A stretch of DNA of 64,000 bases from Candidatus Latescibacterota bacterium (GTDB taxonomy: Bacteria > Latescibacterota > UBA2968 > UBA8231), in NCBI GenBank assembly GCA_963422735.1, contig OY730476.1, positions 832,001-896,000 on the forward strand. The letters are read 5' to 3'. The position numbers were made by a program, and so were the translations under genes. Below, in pieces: positions 57,138 through 64,000 of this stretch (positions are counted from its first letter, which is position 1; every line of letters starts with the position of its first letter). The notes under the pieces were generated by a model. The model was not told where the DNA came from. It did not search any database and saw only the letters and a list, made by a program, of their open reading frames with translations.

Positions 57138-58154
57138 TCACTCATGCGTCGCCAACCAATCAACGACGGCCTGTCGCCGCGCCGCCTGTGTCTCTAGCCC
57201 TGCGGGTAGCTGGTACAACTCCCAAGCAATCGGATGCTCCAAGGTCTCGCCTACCTGCAAATAGACCCAAGGGCTTAACAACTCTAGTTCGGTGTAATCC
57301 GGGCAGGTATAGACCTCGGCACTCAGACCCCCGTCCGGGTAGCGCTGGGTCGCATCGCGGCGAAAGAACTCGGCCATGACTACGTCGCCGACAATGCCTG
57401 CCAGCCAGCGATCCGAGTCGGCCCCGGTCTTCTGTGCCTCCACCGGGTCGGGCACGAAAATCCCGATGTCACCCTCGATGGTAAAGTTGCGCATAGCCGC
57501 GCTCTCGGCAAAGCCAAAGGGGTGATAGCGCAGATCGAAGTGGCTGTGCGGGTTGAGCGGATAGAGGGTCTGCTCGGGCGGTTGGATCTGGGTGACGTTC
57601 CAAATGGTGTAGCGCAACGGCTCGACCTTGGCCGCGGCCAGCTTTTCGATCCGCTGGTGGATTTCCACGCGCGTACCCCGTTCCGCCAAGCGAATCTCGC
57701 GCACGCTGCGCGCCCCATTGTATTCGCTCACCGGGCTGGTGATCACCAGCCCCTGTGGCAGCAACTCAACCTCGTGTACTGCGCCGTCGAAAGCGTGGTC
57801 GGGCGGCCAAGAGTGTCCGTTGATTTTGACAAACTCGCTCTGCTGGTTGGGCCAGACCTTGTCGCCGCCGAAATTGGTCCACGCGTACTGGCCTTCCTCA
57901 TCAACATTGGGTTGGCCGTCGGGCAGCACCTGACCGTGCAGCTTGGGATCGGACCAGAGGATGTTTTCGCCCCCGATGAATCCGTAGTACATGATGCGAC
58001 CGATGGCCGGCACCACGACCACGCGCACATCGGGATTTGCAATTTCAATCGAGTTTGCCCAGCCCTCGTACTCTATTTCCTCGACTGCGACTTGGGCCAT
58101 AACGGGCGCGGCCAGCGCCAGGACCCACCCAATACTCCGTTGCAACTTGCACAT
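57138..58154 (-). CDS. Secreted DUF4380-like (galactose mutarotase-like) protein
   Basis: Signal peptide, VVPAIGRIMYYG, NFGGDKVWP, WPPD, YPDGG.SAEVY...YTELELLSP. Confidence 0.7.
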   Translation of the reverse strand: MCKLQRSIGWVLALAAPVMAQVAVEEIEYEGWANSIEIANPDVRVVVVPAIGRIMYYGFIGGENILWSDPKLHGQVLPDGQPNVDEEGQYAWTNFGGDKVWPNQQSEFVKINGHSWPPDHAFDGAVHEVELLPQGLVITSPVSEYNGARSVREIRLAERGTRVEIHQRIEKLAAAKVEPLRYTIWNVTQIQPPEQTLYPLNPHSHFDLRYHPFGFAESAAMRNFTIEGDIGIFVPDPVEAQKTGADSDRWLAGIVGDVVMAEFFRRDATQRYPDGGLSAEVYTCPDYTELELLSPWVYLQVGETLEHPIAWELYQLPAGLETQAARRQAVVDWLATHE

Positions 58155-58276
58155 GTTCGTTCTCCACTGATTAACGGATGTTACGCACTTGGTATGAAGT
58201 GTGGTTCGCGGTCCGCGGTTGGTTTGCCCGCCTCATGGTGTGGGGCGGTCCTGGCCACCAACCACCGGCCACTAAA

Positions 58277-59407
58277 TCATCTGAGTGCCGAAACGCCGCC
58301 GCCTTTGAGGGCACGGGCGACTTCCTTTTCAACATCGCCTCGCGTGACCATGGTGGTATCGCCGATGCACTCCTGCACCAAGATGCCGTGGGCGGCCCCC
58401 CACTGCACGGCGTCGGCAGCTCCCCGGCCGTCGAGCAGCGCTGCGACCACGCCCGAGGCAAAGGAATCGCCACCGCCGGTGCGATCGGCGATTTCGATGT
58501 TTTCGCGCACGGCCGCCTCGTAGATTTCGCCCTCCTCGACATCGAAGAGCACCGCGCCCCAGTTAATGCGATCTGCCGTCAGCGCACCGCGCAACTGGGT
58601 GCCAATGTACTTGAGGTTCGGATAGTCATTGGCGACTTGGTGCAGCATCTTGGTGTAGGTCGCCAACCACTGATCAAAGCTGGCGTCTTTGGCCACCTTT
58701 TCGGCTTCGTAGCCCAGCGCGTCGTCAAAGTCGTCTTGGTTGCCGACGAGGAACTCGATGTGCGGCACAATAGCGCGATTGATCTGGCGGGCGCGCTCTT
58801 TGTCCGGCTCGACTTTGGAGCGATAGTTCAGGTCAAAGGAGCGGCCGGCGCCATACTCGCCAGCTTTCTGCATAGCCTCTAGCGCCAGCGCAGCCGTCTT
58901 CTCCGAGAGCAAGGTATAAATCCCGCCGGTGCTAAACCACCGGGTCCCCAACGCGCCGAAGAGATGATTCCAGTCCACATCGCCCGGTCCGATCTCGCGC
59001 ACCGGAGTATGGGCGCGATAGTACTCGGTCACCGAAGGCAATAGGCCCTTGCCAGCCCAAGTGAAGTTGATCCCGTTGTGTAAGGTACCTTTGGCGTCGG
59101 TGCTGAATTGGCCCTTGTCGCCGTTGTCAAACCAGATGATATGCCCGGTGTCCAGCCCAGCCTCGCGCAGTTGGTTTTCGATGTTGCGACCGATCCCGTC
59201 GTCAACGAGGGCCGTGATGACAGCCGCGCGCAAGCCGAAGCAATAGCTTAGGCCCTCGGCGACATTGGTCTCGCCGCCCCCATGCCAGATCCGGGCCGTG
59301 CGCGCCCGAGCCGTGGGCACTTGGCCCGGATCGATGCGCATGAGGACTTCGCCTAGGGCGATGGCGTCGTAGCGCGTCTGGTCTGCTGATTTGAGTTGGA
59401 TGCTCAT
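58277..59407 (-). CDS. PfkB family sugar kinase (KdgK-like)
   Basis: GGGETNVA, SFDLNYRS, GNQDD, DRTGGGDSFASG. Confidence 0.9.
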   Translation of the reverse strand: MSIQLKSADQTRYDAIALGEVLMRIDPGQVPTARARTARIWHGGGETNVAEGLSYCFGLRAAVITALVDDGIGRNIENQLREAGLDTGHIIWFDNGDKGQFSTDAKGTLHNGINFTWAGKGLLPSVTEYYRAHTPVREIGPGDVDWNHLFGALGTRWFSTGGIYTLLSEKTAALALEAMQKAGEYGAGRSFDLNYRSKVEPDKERARQINRAIVPHIEFLVGNQDDFDDALGYEAEKVAKDASFDQWLATYTKMLHQVANDYPNLKYIGTQLRGALTADRINWGAVLFDVEEGEIYEAAVRENIEIADRTGGGDSFASGVVAALLDGRGAADAVQWGAAHGILVQECIGDTTMVTRGDVEKEVARALKGGGVSALR

Positions 59408-59447
59408 GGAACCATTTTCCTCCTTGATTTTTGTATGGTTTTCTCGG

Positions 59448-60314
59448 TCATAGCTGCACCCGCACCCGGCTTTTTTTCTTTAGGGATTTCTCCAACGCCT
59501 CCAGCACCGCCACCGGCCCCAGCATGGTCTGCGCGGTCTCGTCGGTTTTGCCCGTGCGGAACATGGCGCAAAAATCGCGGACGCCGCTTAGATACTGGCT
59601 TTCGTCGAATGTGATCGGCTCGTCGATGCGGCCCTTTTCGCCAATGGCGCTTAGGTGAAAACCGGGAGAAGCACCCCCCACCAAGCTCAGGGTAGCCACG
59701 CAGCCGTCGCGGTAAGTGAGGCTGGCCGTGTGGTTGGCCCCGGCCCCGCGATGGATCTCGGCCCAGCGCATATCCGTGCCGAGCAGGCGCAGCACCATAT
59801 CCACTTGGTGAATGCCATAAAAAAAGACGCCGCCCCATTTCGACTTGATGTCGCAGGGGCCAGTGGCGACCACGGCCTGAATGGGGCCGAGCCGGTGCAT
59901 CTTTTGGGCAAAGGCCCGGTACGAAGCCTGTTTGGGCAACGTCGAAAAAGAACAGACCGGCACACCCAACGCCTCGGCCCGCGCCAAAAAGCGCTCTCCC
60001 TCGGCCTGGCGATAGCAGAACGGCTTGTCGATAAAAAGCGGGATCTTGGCCTCCAGCAGCGGCCAAGCCGCTGGCAGGTGTTCCTTACCGTGGCGATGAT
60101 CGACCACCGCCCCATCGACTTGGCCGATCAGTTCTTCAGGTGTGCGGACAATGTGCGGAATTTGACCAGCGGCCGCAGCGGCTTGCGCGTATTGGGCGGT
60201 CTCGCCCCACACGTGGGTCACCCGCACCCCTCGCACCCTTTTTTCGACATTGAGTACCTTGGCGATAGCTGCTGTGTGGCTGTTTTCCGCCCCGACGATG
60301 CCGATGTTTAGCAT
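59448..60314 (-). CDS. Gfo/Idh/MocA family oxidoreductase
   Basis: IGIVGAENSH, PLFIDKP, FFYGIH. Confidence 0.85.
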   Translation of the reverse strand: MLNIGIVGAENSHTAAIAKVLNVEKRVRGVRVTHVWGETAQYAQAAAAAGQIPHIVRTPEELIGQVDGAVVDHRHGKEHLPAAWPLLEAKIPLFIDKPFCYRQAEGERFLARAEALGVPVCSFSTLPKQASYRAFAQKMHRLGPIQAVVATGPCDIKSKWGGVFFYGIHQVDMVLRLLGTDMRWAEIHRGAGANHTASLTYRDGCVATLSLVGGASPGFHLSAIGEKGRIDEPITFDESQYLSGVRDFCAMFRTGKTDETAQTMLGPVAVLEALEKSLKKKSRVRVQL

Positions 60315-60315
60315 C

Positions 60316-61140
60316 TTATTCCTCACCGAACGGCCACAGCTTCAACACCGTCTTGCCCAGCACCCACTCCAGATCCTCCGGCGCGATGAACTTCATCTCG
60401 TCGCGCACCACCGTCAGGGGCTCGGAGTATTCGGCTCTCGACAGGCACACTGGCCAATCCGTGCCCCACATGATGCGCTGCGGCCCAAAGGTCTGATACA
60501 CTTCCTCGACCATCTCATGCGTATCGGCCCAGGGGTAGCCCTGCTTGGAGAGCGACCAAGTGTGGCTGATCTTGACGTACGCGCACGGGTAACGGGCCAT
60601 ATCCATCAGCAATTGCCGCTCTTCCGGGTTGTCGGGATGAGCACTGGCCATGTGGTCAATGCAGCAATCCACATCCGGATAGCGGTCGAGAATCCGCGCC
60701 AAGTCCGGCAATCGGCTCGTCCCGGTCAGGATCAACATCGGGATTCCCAAATCCTCGGCTCGTGCAAAAATCGGGTCCATCCCCGGGCCTTTAAACCAAT
60801 CGCCGCTTTCGTCGCGCGACGGCGAGAGCCGCATCCCGTGCAGGCCGTGTTCCTCTGTCCACATCGAGATATGGTCGGCTGCGGCCGGGTCTTCGGGATT
60901 GATGCGCCCCACGGCCATGAAGCGGTCGGGATACTGCTTGATGACGTGGGCGACGTAGCTATTGTCCCAGCGGTAGTGGATGACCTGTACCAGCACGGTC
61001 TTTTCCACGCCGTTGGCGTCCATCAGTGCCAGTAGGTCTTCCGCTGTGTGGTCTTCGGCGGGCGGATTGGGATTTTCCGCCGGCCAAGGAAAGGCCGGAT
61101 CGTTGATCCATACGTGTACATGAGGGTCAATGATGCGCAT
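60316..61140 (-). CDS. Amidohydrolase family protein (L-fucono-lactonase-like)
   Basis: IIDPHVHVW, VLVQ, IDHMA, VKIS, RIMWGTDWPV. Confidence 0.9.
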   Translation of the reverse strand: MRIIDPHVHVWINDPAFPWPAENPNPPAEDHTAEDLLALMDANGVEKTVLVQVIHYRWDNSYVAHVIKQYPDRFMAVGRINPEDPAAADHISMWTEEHGLHGMRLSPSRDESGDWFKGPGMDPIFARAEDLGIPMLILTGTSRLPDLARILDRYPDVDCCIDHMASAHPDNPEERQLLMDMARYPCAYVKISHTWSLSKQGYPWADTHEMVEEVYQTFGPQRIMWGTDWPVCLSRAEYSEPLTVVRDEMKFIAPEDLEWVLGKTVLKLWPFGEE

Positions 61141-61303
61141 GAAGGGTTCCTTTCTGCGAAATGGTTCGCGATAAAATGCTAAAAAGGACCGGAGGCGTCC
61201 AGAAAGGCTTGTTCAATCACTCTACGCCCGCGCTTGCTCGCCCGCCCACCGCCGCCTAGATTTGCCCGCATTCGCCGCTACTCCACACCCCAGGAGCCAC
61301 CCC

Positions 61304-62872
61304 TTGTTCGACTTGATCATTCGCAACGGCACCATCATCGACGGCACCCGCGCCGACCGCTATCCCGCCGATGTCGGCCTCCGCGCCGACCGCATCGCGG
61401 CCATCGGCGACCTCGGCGACACCCAATCACAGCACAGCATTGACGCCCAAGGCAAAATCGTCGCCCCGGGCTTTGTCGATGTCCACAACCACTCCGACGG
61501 CTGGCTCTTGCAGCAGCCCAACTTCCTCCCCAAGACCCTCCAAGGCTTTACCACCGAAGTCCTCATGGCCGACGGCATCTCCTACGCCCCGGTTGACGCT
61601 GCCACTCGCGCCCACTGGCTCTACTACATGCGCGCCCTCAACGGCCTGATGCAAAGCCACTACTCAGGCTGGGAGAGCCTCGCCGACTACATGCAGCTAC
61701 TCGACGGCCGCACTGCGCAAAACACCATCGCCCACCTTCCCTACGCCCACCTGCGAGCCATGGCCTGCGGCTGGGATCGCCGCGTCCCCGACGACGCGCA
61801 GATGGAAGAGATTCTCGCTGGGGTCGAGCGCGGCATGGCCGAAGGCGCGGTCGGCCTTTCGACCGGCCTCGACTACATCGCCGAATGCTTTGCCACCACC
61901 GACGAACTCGTCGAAGCCTGCACCGCTATGGCGGCCCAACAGGGCCTCTACGCCACCCACGTGCGCTACAAAAAGGGCACCCTCGCCGGGGTGCAGGAAG
62001 CCGTCGAAATCGGCCGGCGCGCCGGCGTCCCAGTCCATATTTCCCACTTCAAGGGCACCTCGCCCCAGCAAATCGACGAACTGCTGTCGTACGTGGACCA
62101 AACCGCCGTTCACGAGGTCGATTTCAGTTTTGACGTCTATCCCTACCTGCCCGGCTCGACCATGCTCAACTTCATGTTGCCCTATGAGGTGTGGGAAGAC
62201 GGTCCATTGGGCGTCCTGCCCAAACTCAACGATCCTGCGCTGCGCCGCCGCTTTGCCCGCGTCCTCGACCGCTACGCCAATCCGCTCAACCGGATGACCA
62301 TTGCTTGGCTGCCCGGGCGAGACAACGCCGGCTTTATCGGCCGCACCTTAGACGAATATGTCCAACAGGCCGACGCACCCCCAGCCGACGCGCTTTGCGA
62401 CCTGCTGATCGAAGAAAATTTGGCGGTTCTCCTCGTCTTTCACCACGGAGACGACGCTTTGGTGCATCCCTTCCTGTCGCACGACAAATACATGATGGGC
62501 AGCGATGGGATTTACTTTCCCGACGGTGCGGTTCACCCGCGTTTATACGGGTCGGCTGCTCGCTTGTTGGGACCTTGCGTGCGCGACCACAAGCTCTTCT
62601 CACTCGGAGACGCGGTGTACAAGCTGAGCACCTACCCGGCATCGCGGTTTGGACTTATGCAACGGGGGCAAATCGCCGAAGGCTTCTACGCCGATTTGGT
62701 CGTCTTTGACGCGGAGACTGTTGCGGATCGCGCTACCTACGCCGACCCCCACCAGTACTCGGTCGGCGTCGAGCACGTCCTCGTCAATGGGGTTCCCATC
62801 GTCCGCAACGGATGCGCGGTCGAGAGCTTGGGGCCGACTTGGCCGGGCCGCTACCTGAAGTTCAAGGCCTAA
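61304..62872 (+). CDS. N-acyl-D-amino-acid deacylase (D-aminoacylase)
   Basis: APGFVDVHNHSD, GLSTGLDY, HISHFK, GSDG, HPRLYG, ADLVVFD; TTG start after AGGAG. Confidence 0.9.
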   Translation: MFDLIIRNGTIIDGTRADRYPADVGLRADRIAAIGDLGDTQSQHSIDAQGKIVAPGFVDVHNHSDGWLLQQPNFLPKTLQGFTTEVLMADGISYAPVDAATRAHWLYYMRALNGLMQSHYSGWESLADYMQLLDGRTAQNTIAHLPYAHLRAMACGWDRRVPDDAQMEEILAGVERGMAEGAVGLSTGLDYIAECFATTDELVEACTAMAAQQGLYATHVRYKKGTLAGVQEAVEIGRRAGVPVHISHFKGTSPQQIDELLSYVDQTAVHEVDFSFDVYPYLPGSTMLNFMLPYEVWEDGPLGVLPKLNDPALRRRFARVLDRYANPLNRMTIAWLPGRDNAGFIGRTLDEYVQQADAPPADALCDLLIEENLAVLLVFHHGDDALVHPFLSHDKYMMGSDGIYFPDGAVHPRLYGSAARLLGPCVRDHKLFSLGDAVYKLSTYPASRFGLMQRGQIAEGFYADLVVFDAETVADRATYADPHQYSVGVEHVLVNGVPIVRNGCAVESLGPTWPGRYLKFKA

Positions 62873-62873
62873 G

Positions 62874-63392
62874 TTAGAATACATCTGCAAGCGGCATTTT
62901 CCATCCAAGCACCACATCGCCGCCGTCGAGCATGTCGCCTGCGGTGAGAATACAAATATCGTCGGGAGCGCGGTAAACCGCTGCCGTGCGTTGAGGGGGG
63001 TTGATCACAACGACCATCCGAGTGCCTGCCCGCAGCCAGTCGGACACTTTTTCTTCTACTTCGCTGTACCGATCATTTGGCGAAATGACTTCAACGGCGA
63101 GGTCGGGTGCGCCGGGAAAAAAACCTTGATCTTCTGCTGTAGCTTCAGCGCGTTTCCTCGACACAAAGCTGACGTCGGGCGCGGTGTCAATGATGAAGCC
63201 GGTTTCGCCCAAGCCATTTTTTGCAACAAATGCTTCGAGACAGCTACCGATTTTTGCGGCAATGCGTCCGTGTCTTCTGCCAGCGGGTGCCATCTGGCGC
63301 AATTTTCCTTGTACGAGTTCGCAGCGATAGCCATGGTGCGGCATCGCCAGCAACTCATCGGCGGTCATCTGGGCAGCCGTTTGTAGAGCCAT
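62874..63392 (-). CDS. Uma2 family (DUF820) endonuclease, apparently with small in-frame deletions
   Basis: ELVQG..MAP...HG, ETGF, APDVSFV, APDLAVEVISPND, L.GGDV. Confidence 0.85.
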   Translation of the reverse strand: MALQTAAQMTADELLAMPHHGYRCELVQGKLRQMAPAGRRHGRIAAKIGSCLEAFVAKNGLGETGFIIDTAPDVSFVSRKRAEATAEDQGFFPGAPDLAVEVISPNDRYSEVEEKVSDWLRAGTRMVVVINPPQRTAAVYRAPDDICILTAGDMLDGGDVVLGWKMPLADVF

Positions 63393-63467
63393 AACAGGAC
63401 CTTTGCTGTTCTGGTTGGGCCTAGAACCCAAGTCAACTCTTCTGCGTCAGCAGAGCATCAAGCCCCT

Positions 63468-63842
63468 TCAGTATTCGCTCGTCGTCCCCCCATTCCAACA
63501 CTCAGCCGTCTCGCCCTTGGGATTGAGAAGCGTGGCCGAGCGCTTGCCCAGCTTGATCCATACGGTCTTACCCACATAGATCCAGCACCAAGAGCAATGC
63601 TCTTTAGGGTCGAGCAACCAGACGGCCCCGTCCGGCAACCGCACCAACAACCGCCCCTCGGCAAAGCGGCGCATCAAGTGCGCTTCCACATAGCTGCCTT
63701 CTGCCAACAGGGCCGCAGCCTTGGGCGAGGGTTCCGGCGCGGGGGCCGGTGCTGAGACGAGCGCGCATCCTCCAGCCAGTAATGCGCCGACGAGGGCACC
63801 GCAGATCCTCCGTACGCGGGAATTACTTGTTACAATATCCAC
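63468..63842 (-). CDS. Hypothetical lipoprotein (start uncertain; 5' end overlaps the repeat array)
   Basis: RRICGALVGALLAGG-C lipobox, Pro-rich linker, small beta-rich domain with CSWC. Confidence 0.65.
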   Translation of the reverse strand: MDIVTSNSRVRRICGALVGALLAGGCALVSAPAPAPEPSPKAAALLAEGSYVEAHLMRRFAEGRLLVRLPDGAVWLLDPKEHCSWCWIYVGKTVWIKLGKRSATLLNPKGETAECWNGGTTSEY

Positions 63843-63949
63843 GATAAACCTGTCCACAGGTGCAGGTCCCCGCACGCGGGGATTGCTTGATCATCGCCGA
63901 GTGGGAGACCGCCAACCGGATGCAGATCCCCGCACGCGGGGATTGCTTG
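63800..63949. CRISPR. CRISPR-like mini-array: 3 hairpin repeats (29-30 nt), 2 unique 31-nt spacers
   Basis: TGCAG(G/A)TCCCCGCACGCGGGGATTGCTTG at 63861-63889 and 63921-63949; degenerate CGCAGATCCTCCGTACGCGGGAATTACTTG at 63800-63829; no cas genes in window. Confidence 0.6.
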
Positions 63950-64000
63950 GCATACAGTTTGCGACATTCTTCCACACTCCTTATCATCAGATCAATTAAC

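Noticed and set aside
58180-58270. Imperfect stem-loops between the kinase and DUF4380-like genes
   Set aside because: Single copy, no U-tract or recognisable RNA family; likely an ordinary intercistronic structure.
57522-61035. Long plus-strand ORFs (57522-58523, 58178-58882, 59655-60311, 60250-61035)
   Set aside because: Antisense shadows of well-supported minus-strand genes.
63730-63756. GC-rich segment as a possible fourth array repeat
   Set aside because: Off the 60-nt register, poor match, and explained by the PAPAPEP linker coding sequence.

Overview
This is a GC-rich bacterial chromosomal window. Its gene content (ASPIC/UnbV, PhyH, sulfotransferase, many Gfo/Idh/MocA and amidohydrolase genes, a region-1.1-less RpoD-family sigma, an Ig-repeat autotransporter) suggests an FCB/Latescibacterota-like heterotroph; that assignment is inference only. 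Housekeeping genes: argG, mdh, sigma70, tRNA-Tyr, hemW, lepA, rpsT, aspS, a phoH/7TM-HD/ybeY/corC/lnt cluster and tRNA-fMet. There are also long sugar/acid-sugar catabolic gene strings and a cysM-mec(JAMM)-cysO-cysK sulfur-carrier operon, whose CysO has a blocked GG-S C-terminus and which carries a 141-bp MITE. Other features are a 17-repeat Ig autotransporter with near-perfect nested DNA duplications, a decayed accessory patch at the left end (MNT-HEPN, C5 DNA methyltransferase and an enolase fragment, all pseudogenised), and an orphan MotA/TolQ/ExbB-like motor module with an atypical partner and a lectin-like membrane-anchored protein. The most striking unexplained signal is at the right edge (63800-63949): a three-repeat, ~60-bp-period CRISPR-like hairpin mini-array with no cas genes in view. 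It can also be read as a short peptide ORF with a repeated QAIPACGDLH motif, and its degenerate terminal repeat overlaps the signal-peptide coding region of a lipoprotein gene. All calls are from manual reading; no database searches were run.
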